From an uncultured Arcobacter sp. (GTDB lineage: Bacteria; Campylobacterota; Campylobacteria; Campylobacterales; Arcobacteraceae): a DNA stretch of 64,000 nucleotides. Each line of letters starts with the position of its first letter. Positions within the stretch are counted from its first letter, which is position 1. Positions 38,694 to 49,442 of the stretch are shown here, piece by piece. Position numbers and translations under genes: made by a program. The DNA lies in contig OZ223301.1 of the NCBI GenBank assembly GCA_965140705.1, positions 96,001 to 160,000 of the forward strand, written 5' to 3'. The notes under the pieces are model-generated. The model was not told the DNA's origin and did not search any database. It saw nothing but the letters and a program-made list of their open reading frames with translations.

Positions 38694-39875
38694 TTACATC
38701 CCCGGTATTCTAGGTATTTTACCAAGCTTAGTATTTCGACAATATACTCCCCAACCTTTTTTAAGCCAGTGACCAAATATAGGCATAGGAAGCATAAATG
38801 CTTTTTTTTCATCCCTATAAACAAAGGCTGCTCCATTTCCTGTATCCATTACACAAAGTATATTTAAGTGTTCATGGTATCCTTTGAAATCAGTTTTGTT
38901 TTGTTCTCTTTGGTGTATATTATGTGCAGCATTTTTTGCCATAACTTCTGCTACATGACCTTGTTTTGCTCGCCAATCATAACCTTCTAGGGAAGCTACA
39001 TCACCAATGGCATAAATATTACTTAAACTTCCATCTTCATTTAAAACACAAGAGTAATCATCTGTTTTGATAAAGCCAGCATCATTTGTAGTAAGATCAG
39101 ATTCTTTAATAATCTCATGACCATCACCTGCTGGTATAAACATTACTAAATCAGCTTCAAGCTTACTTTCATCTTCAAATACTACACCATCTTTTTCAAA
39201 ATGGGTAATTTTTTTGCCAAAATGTTGTTTGATTTTTAGTTTACTAAACATAGTAGACATCATTTTAAGTGCATTTGGACCCATACGTTTTCCAGGTTCT
39301 GCCATGGGTGCGAAAAATGTTAGTTCAAATTTGTCTCGTATTCCTTTTTTCTTAAGCATATTGTGAACATTAAAAAGAAGTTCGAAACCTGGTCCTCCCC
39401 GTACAGCAGATGTATCTTTTGGATTACCTCCAAAGCCCATTGCTATTTTACCACTTCCTTTTTTTACAAGATCATCTAAGGCATCTCTAATAGCTAGTGA
39501 TTGTTCTGGCGCTCCACAAATAGAAAAAGTATTTTCTACTCCCTTTGGTTTCATCTTTGAAGCTCCAATTGCAATAATTAGATAATCATAATCATTGATA
39601 ATTTTTCCACTTTGCAGTGTAACACTATTGTTCTCTTTAGATATTTTATTTACGCCATCAATAATGAGATTAAAGCCATGTGCTTTTTGCAATTCATTTA
39701 AATCAATGCAAGTATCTTTAAATCCAATTTCATGGGTTGGAATCCAAATAGAAGTTGGATAGATATAGAAATAATCTCTATTGCTCACTAAAGTAACATC
39801 ATAATTCAATTTTCTAAGGTGAGTTGCAGCATCTACACCTGCAAAACCACCTCCTAGCACAAGTATTTTTTTCAT
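38694..39875 (-). CDS. FAD-dependent oxidoreductase, sulfide:quinone oxidoreductase family (second paralog)
   Basis: LGGGFAG, YDYLIIAIGA, SICG, GGPGFE, AIGD, KQGH, ILCVMD. Confidence 0.85.
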   Translation of the reverse strand: MKKILVLGGGFAGVDAATHLRKLNYDVTLVSNRDYFYIYPTSIWIPTHEIGFKDTCIDLNELQKAHGFNLIIDGVNKISKENNSVTLQSGKIINDYDYLIIAIGASKMKPKGVENTFSICGAPEQSLAIRDALDDLVKKGSGKIAMGFGGNPKDTSAVRGGPGFELLFNVHNMLKKKGIRDKFELTFFAPMAEPGKRMGPNALKMMSTMFSKLKIKQHFGKKITHFEKDGVVFEDESKLEADLVMFIPAGDGHEIIKESDLTTNDAGFIKTDDYSCVLNEDGSLSNIYAIGDVASLEGYDWRAKQGHVAEVMAKNAAHNIHQREQNKTDFKGYHEHLNILCVMDTGNGAAFVYRDEKKAFMLPMPIFGHWLKKGWGVYCRNTKLGKIPRIPGM

Positions 39876-40498
39876 TTTTAAATTCCAATATAAGTATAGT
39901 TTATATTACTACTATAGATATTAAATGAAAATTAAATATTAAAATATTTAATAATTATAATTAAATCTTATAATTAAAGCTTAATGTAACTATTTTAATT
40001 GATAAATTTATTTATATTAACTTTAAAGATAAAAAAACTATTAGGTATTTGCCTAAAAGGCCTTAGTAGAGTTAGTTTAATAATGATAAAAAAGTCATTA
40101 ACTTTGTTCTATAAATAAATTATAAAATTACTATATAGAATTAATAAAAAATAAAAATAAATGAATTATAATGGCATGTTTCAATAATCATTATATTGGA
40201 TTTTTTATGAATGACAGTATTTTAATGTTATTTCGCAAAATTTTTAGGAAAAGTTGAAATTAAAGAATATGAGGAATTACAAGTGATTTTTTGGAACAGC
40301 ATTATTAAGTCTTATTGTAAATGGCAAAAGTAATGAACTAATTGAAGTAGTAAAAGATAATATACTAAGATAGTATTTCTTTTTTTATAGTAGATTATAG
40401 TGTGAAATATTGGTAAACTATTATATCTACATTTTACACTTTATTACTTTCTAATTATATATCTACTATTATCACGAAAAATAAACAAAAGAGGTGAA

Positions 40499-41761
40499 AT
40501 GCAAGCAACAAAATCAGTTTTTATAGCTATATCTTCGTTATTCTTCTCAATAGGATTTTTAGCTATTGGATATGGGATGATTATGACTTTTATAGGTCTT
40601 TTTCTTAAAGAACATGGATCTTCTGATATGGTTATTGGTTTGATTAATGCTGCATTTTTTTTAGGTGCTATGGCATCTTCTATTTTCAGTCAAAAAATTA
40701 TTACAAATATCGGACATATAAGAAGTTTTGTCACCTTTGCATCTATTATGGTTATTACTTTTTTACTTCATTCTATGTTTTTAAATGAATTTTTTTGGGC
40801 TCTTCTTCGACTTATATGTGGATTTGCATATTATGGTTTATTGATTATCTTAGAAAGCTGGTTAAATGAAAAGAGTTCTAATGAACAAAGAGGACAAATA
40901 CTAGCTATATATACAACTGTTTTTTATCTTTCAAATGCTATTGGTCAATTGTTATTAAATATTGATGAAGACTTAGAGCATATAATTTTTTCAATAGGTG
41001 CAGTTTTAGTACTTTTTTCTGTTGTTTTTATAGCAATGACAAAGATTAAAGAGCCTATTCTTAAACCATTTGAAAGATACAGCTTCCCAAAACTTTATAA
41101 TGTAGTACCTTTAGCTTTAACAGGGAGTTTTATAAGTGGTTTTCTTGTTGGTGGATTTTTTACAATGATTCCTTTATATGTTATAAAAATCTTTGAATCA
41201 AAAGAAGTTTTATCTTTTTTTATGGCATTTACTATTTTAGGTGGATTGATTTCACAATGGCCAATAGGGAGATTATCAGATATTTATGGTAGACGAAAAC
41301 TTATCTCAGCGACTGGATTTTTCACAGCTATTGTTTCAGTATTATTTATTGTATTGCCTTCAAATGATATATTAATATACTTTTTAGGGGTTTTGTTAGG
41401 CGCTAGTATCTTTTGTATTTATCCTTTAAGTCTATCTCGTGCTAATGATGTTATTGATGAAAATAAAGATATCGTAGAAATTTCTAGAGCTTTACTTTTT
41501 GTATATGGGACAGGTTCTTTTATTGCACCTATTATTATAGGGCTTAGTTTTAATTATTTGGGCTATAAAACATTATTTATAATATTTGCAGTTTTAGGAA
41601 TTTATTTAGCTTTTTATTCTCTATCAAAAAAACGAGTAGCTGATGATGATATGAGTGTTTTCGTAAATGTTCCACTTACTTCAAGTTCTGTTATGCCAGA
41701 AATTGATCCAAGACAAGACCAAGAATGGGTTGATGAGCAACAAAAAAGCACTTCAGAATAA
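40499..41761 (+). CDS. MFS transporter (YcaD-like)
   Basis: About 12 TMs; IGHIR, ESWLNE, QWPIGRLSDIYGRR. Confidence 0.88.
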   Translation: MQATKSVFIAISSLFFSIGFLAIGYGMIMTFIGLFLKEHGSSDMVIGLINAAFFLGAMASSIFSQKIITNIGHIRSFVTFASIMVITFLLHSMFLNEFFWALLRLICGFAYYGLLIILESWLNEKSSNEQRGQILAIYTTVFYLSNAIGQLLLNIDEDLEHIIFSIGAVLVLFSVVFIAMTKIKEPILKPFERYSFPKLYNVVPLALTGSFISGFLVGGFFTMIPLYVIKIFESKEVLSFFMAFTILGGLISQWPIGRLSDIYGRRKLISATGFFTAIVSVLFIVLPSNDILIYFLGVLLGASIFCIYPLSLSRANDVIDENKDIVEISRALLFVYGTGSFIAPIIIGLSFNYLGYKTLFIIFAVLGIYLAFYSLSKKRVADDDMSVFVNVPLTSSSVMPEIDPRQDQEWVDEQQKSTSE

Positions 41762-41817
41762 TTTAGATTTACTTTTATGTAATTTGGATATAATTAAAGC
41801 ATTATCAAGGAGCTAGC

Positions 41818-44406
41818 TTGAAATTTATATTTATAATTATATTATTTATTTCTTTTCAAAATTTAAGTGCTAAAGTATTAAAAAAAGTTAGCTTGCAGCT
41901 ATCTTGGTTTGATCAGTTTCAGTTTGCAGGATATTATATTGCAAAAGAAAAAGGTTACTATAAAAATTTAGGTTTGGATGTAGAAATAAAACCATTCAAT
42001 TTTGGAATTCATGCTCCCAATGAAGTGGATGAGGGTAGAGCCAATTTTGGGATAGGAAGAGAAACTTTAATTTTAGATAGGGCAAAAGGTAAAAAAATAG
42101 TTGCACTTTATGCTTTATTTCAATCTACACCTTTAGTTTTATTAACTACAAATAAAAATATAAACAAAGTAGAAGATTTTGTAAATAAAAAGATTATGAC
42201 TACAGATGATGATTCTAGTGAAGTTTCTATCAAAGCTATGATTAGCTCAAAAAAAGTGAAATTTGAACAATTACATTTTATAAAACATACACACAAGATA
42301 AATGACTTAATCAACAAAAAAACAGATATTATCTCAGCATATATTTCAAAATCACCATTTGAGCTTAATGAAAAAGGAATTCCTTATAAAATGTTTGATC
42401 CAAAAGATTATGGATTTGATATGTATAGTGATTTTTTATTTACAAGTGAAAATATGATAAATAATGACATTGATACAGTCATGGCATTTAAAAAAGCATC
42501 TTTAAAAGGGTGGAAATATGCATATTCTCATATAGAAGAGACAGCTAACTTAATATTAAAAAAATATAATTCTCAACATATTACAAAAAAAGCTCTAATT
42601 TATGAAGGGGAAGAGTTAAAAAAACTCTCTTATCAAGGTACTAAAAACTTAGGAGAGATAAGAGAAAATAAAGTACAGAGAATTTATGATTTGTACAATG
42701 TGATGGGATTAATACCAAAAAAAATTGATGCTAGAAAATTTGTTTATTATTCAAATGATAATAAAAAGATATTTCTAACTAAAGAAGAAAGTGCATATTT
42801 AAAAGAAAATAATAAGTTTAAAATGTGTGTTATACCAAATATTAAACCCTATAGTTATTTTGAGAAAGGTGAATTTAAAGGTTTTATTGCAGATTATTTT
42901 AAGATAATAAAAGAAAAAACAGGTATAGAATTTGATGTAATAAAAGATGACAAGTTTAAAAATTATATTGATTTATTCAAAAATAAAAATTGTGATATTT
43001 TTGCTTCTTTAGAAAAAACAGATGATAGAGAGAAATATGCAAATTTTACAAAGCCTTATGTAAATATACCTTTTGTTTTAATTACAAAACAGAACTTTCC
43101 TTTTGTAGATAGTTTAAGTACATTAAAGGACAAAAAAATAGGAATAAATAGTAGTTATAACATAAGTAAAAGAGTTAAGAAAAAATACCCTAATGTAGAG
43201 TTTGTAGGTGTAAATAGTCTAGAAGATGGTATAGAAAAAGTCTTGAGTAATAAAATTGATGGTCATGTTGATTTATTATATACAACTTTATATAGACTTT
43301 ATGACAAAAATAATTCGAAGTTAAAGATTTCTAATAAGCTTGATATTGATTCAGATTTGAGAGTGGCTGTGAGAAAAGAAGATAAAATTCTTTTTAATAT
43401 TATTAATAAAGCTGTTAATGATATTGATGATGCAAAAATTGATTCACTTATTAAATCATGGGTAACAATTGAGTATAAAAAAAGTACTGATTTTACATAT
43501 CTTTGGATAACACTATTTATTGCAGGACTACTATTTTTAGCCTTATTGTATAGACATAAAGTTTTAAGTGGAATGAATAAATCTTTAAATTATAAAGTAA
43601 AAGAAAAAACTGAAGAATTATTGAAAATAAATACTGAACTTGAAAAGAGAATAAAAGAAGAAGTAGAAAAAAACTTAAAAAAAGACCATCTTTTACAAAG
43701 ACAATCAAAATTGGCTTCAATGGGAGAAATGTTAGAAAATATAGCCCATCAATGGAGACAACCACTATCTGTAATAACTATGGGTGCTAGTGGTATAAAA
43801 CTAAAAAAAGAATTAGAACTTTTGGATGATAGTTTCTTGTCAGAAACTTTAGATTCAATTTTAAAGTCATCTTCTTATTTATCCCAAACAATTGATGATT
43901 TTAAATATTTTTTTAAACCTAGCAAAGATAAAAGTAAATTTTCTTTGGAATCATGTTTTGAAAAGAGTTTAAATGTATTAAGTCTAAAATTAAATAGTGA
44001 AAATATACAGATAATTAAAAATATTGAAGAAATAGAAATACTAGGATATGAATCAGAATTGGTACATGTATTTATGAATATTTTAAATAATGCAAAAGAT
44101 GCTTTTTCTGACTCTAAAGTAAAGAAAAAATTTATTTATGTGGATATTTCAAAAACAAAAGAAAAAATTATTATAAAAATAAAAGATAATGCAGGAGGAG
44201 TTAATCCTTCTATTATTGATAAGATATTCGATCCGTATTTTACAACAAAACATAAAAGTCAAGGTACTGGTATTGGATTGTATATGAGTCATCAAATAAT
44301 TTCAAAACATATGGATGGGCAAATAGAAGTATCAAATAGTGAATATAAATATGAAAATGAAAACTACAAAGGGGCTTTATTTACAATTACTTTATATGCT
44401 GAATAA
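41818..44406 (+). CDS. Sensor histidine kinase with NMT1/THI5-like and family-3 substrate-binding domains
   Basis: LSWFDQFQFAGYYIAKEKGYY, second PBP domain, TM, IAHQWRQPL, DNAGG, GTGIGL. Confidence 0.88.
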   Translation: MKFIFIIILFISFQNLSAKVLKKVSLQLSWFDQFQFAGYYIAKEKGYYKNLGLDVEIKPFNFGIHAPNEVDEGRANFGIGRETLILDRAKGKKIVALYALFQSTPLVLLTTNKNINKVEDFVNKKIMTTDDDSSEVSIKAMISSKKVKFEQLHFIKHTHKINDLINKKTDIISAYISKSPFELNEKGIPYKMFDPKDYGFDMYSDFLFTSENMINNDIDTVMAFKKASLKGWKYAYSHIEETANLILKKYNSQHITKKALIYEGEELKKLSYQGTKNLGEIRENKVQRIYDLYNVMGLIPKKIDARKFVYYSNDNKKIFLTKEESAYLKENNKFKMCVIPNIKPYSYFEKGEFKGFIADYFKIIKEKTGIEFDVIKDDKFKNYIDLFKNKNCDIFASLEKTDDREKYANFTKPYVNIPFVLITKQNFPFVDSLSTLKDKKIGINSSYNISKRVKKKYPNVEFVGVNSLEDGIEKVLSNKIDGHVDLLYTTLYRLYDKNNSKLKISNKLDIDSDLRVAVRKEDKILFNIINKAVNDIDDAKIDSLIKSWVTIEYKKSTDFTYLWITLFIAGLLFLALLYRHKVLSGMNKSLNYKVKEKTEELLKINTELEKRIKEEVEKNLKKDHLLQRQSKLASMGEMLENIAHQWRQPLSVITMGASGIKLKKELELLDDSFLSETLDSILKSSSYLSQTIDDFKYFFKPSKDKSKFSLESCFEKSLNVLSLKLNSENIQIIKNIEEIEILGYESELVHVFMNILNNAKDAFSDSKVKKKFIYVDISKTKEKIIIKIKDNAGGVNPSIIDKIFDPYFTTKHKSQGTGIGLYMSHQIISKHMDGQIEVSNSEYKYENENYKGALFTITLYAE

Positions 44407-44451
44407 TTTTATTTTGATATAATCTCATAAATAATTATATGAGGAATTATA

Positions 44452-45717
44452 TTGAATTGGTTAGAAATAGATAAAAAGCATGTTTGGCACCCTTATAATT
44501 CACTTCCATCAAAAACAAAACTTTTACCTGTAAAAAAAACTGATAAGACTTTTATATTTTTAGATGATGATACAAAATTAATAGATGGAATGAGTTCTTG
44601 GTGGAGTGCTATTCACGGATATAATCACCCAAAGTTAAATGATGCATTAAAAAAACAAGTTGATATTATGCCTCATGTTATGTTTGGTGGGATTGCCCAT
44701 GAAAATGCAGCAATTCTTTCAAAACAATTAGTTGATTTAACAGGTTTAAATTCTGTTTTTTTATGTGATAGTGGTTCAGTATCTGTTGAAATTGCCCTAA
44801 AGACTGCGATACTTTACCAAAAGGCAAAAGGAAAAGAGAAGTTTAAATTTTTGGCTTTAAATAATGCTTATCATGGTGATACTTTAGGTGCAATGAGTGT
44901 ATGTGATCAAAAAAATTCTATGCATACTGTTTATGGTTCATATTTACCACAACACATTTTTACACAAGAACCGGAGTTAGGTTTTAATAGTGATTGTACA
45001 GCTTCTTTAAAACAATTGGAAGAAAAATTTGAAAAACACCATAATGAACTTGCTGGGTTTATACTTGAACCCATCGTTCAAGGAGCAGGTGGAATGAGAA
45101 TATATAACCCTATCTATTTGCAAAAGGCAAGGGACTTATGTACTAAATATGATATTTTACTCATAGCTGATGAAATTGCTACAGGTTTTGGACATACTGG
45201 AAAAATGTTTGCATGCGAGCATGCGAATATCAAACCAGATATAATGACTTTGGGAAAAGGTTTGACGGGTGGTTATATGACAATGGCAGCAATGCTTACA
45301 ACAAAAGAAGTAAGTGATACTGTATCAAATAGTGAAATTGGTGTACTTATGCATGGACCAACTTTTATGGCTAATCCTTTAGCTTGCAGTGTTGCAATTG
45401 CATCTATTGACTTACTTCTTGAAACACCTTGGGAAAAAAGAGTTTCAAATATAGAAGAGATATTTTTAGAAGAATTAAAAGAGCTAAAAGATTTATCTAT
45501 AGTAAAAGATGTGAGAAATATAGGAGCAATTGGAATAATAGAACTTAATGATGATAGTTATGCCCAAGAGATACAAGATAATTGTGTGAAAAATGGGGTT
45601 TGGATAAGACCTTTTGGTAGACTTATTTATTCTATAGTTGCTTATACAATAGAAGAAGATGATTTAAGAAAAGTTGCTAAAACTATGGTTGAAGCAATAA
45701 GAAGTATAAAGAGATAA
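44452..45717 (+). CDS. bioA: Adenosylmethionine-8-amino-7-oxononanoate aminotransferase
   Basis: HVWHPY, DGMSSWW, YHGDT, ADEIATGFG, GKGLTGG, HGPTFMANPLAC. Confidence 0.96.
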   Translation: MNWLEIDKKHVWHPYNSLPSKTKLLPVKKTDKTFIFLDDDTKLIDGMSSWWSAIHGYNHPKLNDALKKQVDIMPHVMFGGIAHENAAILSKQLVDLTGLNSVFLCDSGSVSVEIALKTAILYQKAKGKEKFKFLALNNAYHGDTLGAMSVCDQKNSMHTVYGSYLPQHIFTQEPELGFNSDCTASLKQLEEKFEKHHNELAGFILEPIVQGAGGMRIYNPIYLQKARDLCTKYDILLIADEIATGFGHTGKMFACEHANIKPDIMTLGKGLTGGYMTMAAMLTTKEVSDTVSNSEIGVLMHGPTFMANPLACSVAIASIDLLLETPWEKRVSNIEEIFLEELKELKDLSIVKDVRNIGAIGIIELNDDSYAQEIQDNCVKNGVWIRPFGRLIYSIVAYTIEEDDLRKVAKTMVEAIRSIKR

Positions 45718-45718
45718 T

Positions 45719-46375
45719 ATGAATAAAAATGGATTTAAAAGACTTATAACAAATTTACCTGAAAATCCTGGAGTAATGGGTAGAGATAGATTTTTTAATA
45801 GTGCAGTTTTAGTACCTTTTGTAAAAATCAAAGGGGAGTACTTTATACTTTTTCAAAAAAGAGCCATGGGAATAAAACAAGGTGGTGATATCTGTTTTCC
45901 TGGGGGTGGATATGAAGAGGGTATTGATAAAAACTTTAAACAAACGGCTCTAAGAGAGACAGAAGAAGAGCTAGGTATTTCTCGAAAAGATATAAAAATT
46001 ATTGGTCAATTGGATACTATGGTAGCCTCTTTTGGAACTATTATTGAACCTTTTATTGGGCTTATAAAGAAAAAAGCTATCAAAAATATGAAGATAGATA
46101 AAAATGAAGTTGAAAATACATATTTAATTCCTTTGGATTATTTTAAGCAAAATGAACCAGAAATTTATAATTTAAGAACTGAAGTAAAACCTTATCATAT
46201 AGATGAAAATGGAAATAAAGAAGTTTATTTCCCCGTTGATGAATTAGGACTTCCTGAAGCTTATCAAAAACCTTGGGGAAATAAAAAACATAAAGTTTAT
46301 GTTTATAAGTATAAGAAAAAAGTTATTTGGGGCTTAACAGCTGTTATTTTGAATGATTTATTAAGAAGATACTAA
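45719..46375 (+). CDS. Nudix hydrolase, CoA pyrophosphatase family
   Basis: SAVL, GDICFPGG, ALRETEEELG, IWGLTA. Confidence 0.9.
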   Translation: MNKNGFKRLITNLPENPGVMGRDRFFNSAVLVPFVKIKGEYFILFQKRAMGIKQGGDICFPGGGYEEGIDKNFKQTALRETEEELGISRKDIKIIGQLDTMVASFGTIIEPFIGLIKKKAIKNMKIDKNEVENTYLIPLDYFKQNEPEIYNLRTEVKPYHIDENGNKEVYFPVDELGLPEAYQKPWGNKKHKVYVYKYKKKVIWGLTAVILNDLLRRY

Positions 46376-46379
46376 TCTT

Positions 46380-46724
46380 CTAAATAGTCATTACTGACCA
46401 CTTCTCACTTTTTAAGGCTTTTGTTAGTAATTCACCTGTATGTTTTATTTTTATATTTAGTTTCTCTAATTCTTGTATTGCTTTATAATCTTCAACACAT
46501 ACTATACAAGCACTCATCTTTACACCTGTTTTTTGGATTTCTAATAGTTTTTTTTGAATCTTTTTATCTTTTTTTACAAGTTTTATTGAAGGACCCCAAA
46601 GCATCAAATGAGCTTTTTCCCAATATTTTCTTTCTAATATTACAGAAGAATAAAGCAAAGGGAATTTATTTGCAACTTCTTCATCACCATTTGACCATAC
46701 TATTAATAGATTTGATTTAGACAT
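46380..46724 (-). CDS. DsrE/DsrF-like protein
   Basis: LMLWGPS, ACIVC. Confidence 0.8.
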   Translation of the reverse strand: MSKSNLLIVWSNGDEEVANKFPLLYSSVILERKYWEKAHLMLWGPSIKLVKKDKKIQKKLLEIQKTGVKMSACIVCVEDYKAIQELEKLNIKIKHTGELLTKALKSEKWSVMTI

Positions 46725-46844
46725 TTTTATAACCTTTTTATTTATCTTGATATTTTTTATTACATTTGTTATTATAGTGTAATATTAATACACAAAAAGT
46801 AAATATTTAAAGAATATAATAAACTAAATAATAAAGGATTTATC

Positions 46845-47276
46845 ATGTTTACAAAAATCTACAATCAAGTCTTTGGATTTTTTGAAAATTTACAATCTAT
46901 CTTTTTGCTTTTGGCTAGATTAGTTCTTGCTTATGGTTTTTATGAACCTGCAATGAAAAAGTGGGCAGATATTGGAAGTATAGCACAATGGTTTGGCTCA
47001 ATTGGAATTCCTTTCCCTGCTATAAATGCTTATCTGGCTGCAACAACCGAGATTTTAGGAGTTATTTTATTAACTCTTGGACTATTTACTAGACTTATAT
47101 CTATTCCTTTAATGGTTGTAATGGTAGTTGCTATTTTTACAGTACATATAGGAAATGGATTTGGAGCTGGAGATAATGGATTTGAAATACCTTTATACTA
47201 CTTATTATTTTTAGGAATTTTTCTTACCCATGGAGCTGGAAAAATATCACTTGATAATTTTATATTTAAAAAATAA
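46845..47276 (+). CDS. DoxX-family membrane protein (HvfX-like)
   Basis: LGLFTR, AIFTVH, NGFEIPLYY, GAGKISLD. Confidence 0.88.
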   Translation: MFTKIYNQVFGFFENLQSIFLLLARLVLAYGFYEPAMKKWADIGSIAQWFGSIGIPFPAINAYLAATTEILGVILLTLGLFTRLISIPLMVVMVVAIFTVHIGNGFGAGDNGFEIPLYYLLFLGIFLTHGAGKISLDNFIFKK

Positions 47277-47424
47277 ATAGATAATTATCAAAATCATCGT
47301 TTTTGATAAAAATTCTGTCCTCAGAATTTTTCATTAAACTTCAAAATAGTGGAAGTGGCAAAGACCAAGTGATGGAAGAAATGCTTTAAATTTACATGTA
47401 AAATTAGCTTTGTTTTTGTATATC

Positions 47425-47479
47425 TTGACAAAAAAAATAAAACCTTATATAATTGTATACAATTTAATTGTATACAATT
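47425..47479 (+). promoter_or_regulatory. Sigma70 promoter with tandem OhrR-type operator
   Basis: TTGACA(47425)-17bp-TATAAT(47448); AATTGTATACAATT x2 (47451-47464, 47466-47479). Confidence 0.85.
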
Positions 47480-47507
47480 AAAATTAAAAAATAAATGAGG
47501 AATTTAC

Positions 47508-48053
47508 ATGTCAATTTACGATTTCAGAGTGAAAGACTCTTACGGAAATGTAGTTAATTTAGATAAATATAAAGGGAAAGTTTTATTAATTATTAATTCT
47601 GCAACTGAGTGCGGATTTACTTCTCAATATGAAGGATTACAACTACTATATGAAAAATTAGAAGGTGAAAAGTTTGAAATAATGGATTTCCCATGCAATC
47701 AGTTTGGTAATCAAGCACCAGGAACCAATGCAGAAATAGCAAGCTTTTGTAATTCAAGATTTGGGATTAAATTTCCAATTTTTGACAAAATTGATGTTAA
47801 TGGTGATAATGCTGAACCTTTATTCTCATACCTAATTGAACAAAAAGGATTTGAAGGATTTGATGCAAAACATCCTCTATCAAAGGGATTGGATGAAATG
47901 CTAACTAAAGTTGATCCTAATTATAAAAATGATCCATCTATTAAATGGAATTTTACAAAATTTTTAATTGATAAAAATGGAAATGTTGTAGCGCGATTTG
48001 AACCAACTGTTGACCTTGAGGTCATTGAAGAACAAATCAAGGCACTCCTATAA
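47508..48053 (+). CDS. Glutathione peroxidase family protein (Cys-type)
   Basis: NSATECGFT.QY, FPCNQFG.Q, IKWNFTKFL. Confidence 0.93.
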   Translation: MSIYDFRVKDSYGNVVNLDKYKGKVLLIINSATECGFTSQYEGLQLLYEKLEGEKFEIMDFPCNQFGNQAPGTNAEIASFCNSRFGIKFPIFDKIDVNGDNAEPLFSYLIEQKGFEGFDAKHPLSKGLDEMLTKVDPNYKNDPSIKWNFTKFLIDKNGNVVARFEPTVDLEVIEEQIKALL

Positions 48054-48121
48054 GTCTTCTTTTATTAATGCAAATCTTGATACACTTCATTGTATGAAAT
48101 ATATTGTAAACAAGGATTTGT

Positions 48122-48604
48122 ATGCTAGAAGAAAACAAAGATGAAATTTTAAAACTTGAAAATCAACTATGTTTTCCTTTGTATGCTTGTTCAAAAGAAG
48201 TTGTAAGAATTTATAAGCCTTTTTTGGACAAGCTTGATTTAACTTATACTCAATATCTTACAATGATGGTTATGTGGGAACACAAAGAAATAAATAGCAA
48301 ATTATTAGGTAAATATTTGTATTTGGATTCTGGAACATTAACTCCTTTATTGAAAAAACTAGAGTCTAAAGGATACATTACTAGGACACGTGCACAAGAT
48401 GATGAACGAAATTTAGTTGTACGACTTACATTAGAAGGTGAAAAGTTAAAAAACGATGCTATTAAAGTTCCAGAGGAGCTTGGACGTTCTTTACAGATGG
48501 ATAAAGACGATGTAGAAAATCTTTATGCATTGTTGTATAAAGTATTAGGGAAAATTAGTGAAGCAAATAATAAGGTCAAATATAATAAAAAAGATATTAA
48601 ATAA
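48122..48604 (+). CDS. MarR-family regulator, OhrR-like
   Basis: LENQLCFPLY, LTYTQYL, LDSGTLTPLLKKLE, DER. Confidence 0.9.
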   Translation: MLEENKDEILKLENQLCFPLYACSKEVVRIYKPFLDKLDLTYTQYLTMMVMWEHKEINSKLLGKYLYLDSGTLTPLLKKLESKGYITRTRAQDDERNLVVRLTLEGEKLKNDAIKVPEELGRSLQMDKDDVENLYALLYKVLGKISEANNKVKYNKKDIK

Positions 48605-48719
48605 GAAGACCTTTCAAAATTTATGAGATATAAATTATCAAAATCAGTTCATTTTCGATATAATTTTTCAACTACAGCTTTAAGTAAAAGCTATGTAAAA
48701 TTTATATAAAAGTAGAAAA

Positions 48720-49334
48720 ATGAATAAAATACTAATAGATAATAAAAAGATATACCCTTCAAAAATAGTATGCATAGGTAGAAACTATGTAGATCACATA
48801 AAAGAGCTAAATAATGAGACACCAGAAGAGCCTGTTTTTTTCTTCAAACCAAACTCTTCAATAAGCAATGAATTAATATTCCCAAAGGGAAATACTAGCT
48901 GTCATTATGAAGCAGAAATATCATTTTTAATGGAAGAAAATAAAATATCAGCTGTTGGTTTTGGCTTAGATTTAACATTAAGAGAAGTTCAATCAAAACT
49001 TAAACAAAAAGGTTTACCTTGGGAGAGAGCTAAATGTTTTGATGGAGCAGCTGTTTTTTCAAAATTTGTTAGCTTTGATGGAGATGTTGAAGACCTTGGT
49101 ATTGAGTTATATATTAATGGGGAACTTAAACAAAAAGGTGATGTTTCTATAATGATATATAAGCCAAATGAAATAATAGAAAATTTATGTACTTTTGCCT
49201 CTTTTGAAGATGGAGATATACTTATGAGTGGAACTCCAAGTGGTGTGGGAAAATTTGAAGTAAATGATATTTTTGAGGGTAAAATCTTATACAAAGATGA
49301 AGTGTTACTAAACGTAAAATTTGATGTTAAATAA
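48720..49334 (+). CDS. Fumarylacetoacetate hydrolase family protein
   Basis: KIVCIGRNY..H..E, HYEAE, DLTLR, GTPSGVG. Confidence 0.92.
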   Translation: MNKILIDNKKIYPSKIVCIGRNYVDHIKELNNETPEEPVFFFKPNSSISNELIFPKGNTSCHYEAEISFLMEENKISAVGFGLDLTLREVQSKLKQKGLPWERAKCFDGAAVFSKFVSFDGDVEDLGIELYINGELKQKGDVSIMIYKPNEIIENLCTFASFEDGDILMSGTPSGVGKFEVNDIFEGKILYKDEVLLNVKFDVK

Positions 49335-49442
49335 CTTCTGAAAGTTTAATTTTTATTAAGAGTAGAAACTATATTTATAATTTATAAAAAAACTTTTTTT
49401 CTTTGGATAAAATTCTAAAAATTATAAATTATAGGATTTAGA

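Noticed and set aside
39876..40498. 620-bp AT-rich intergenic region, possible pseudogene or sRNA
   Set aside because: Parts look coding-like, but I could not identify a frame, homolog or convincing structure.
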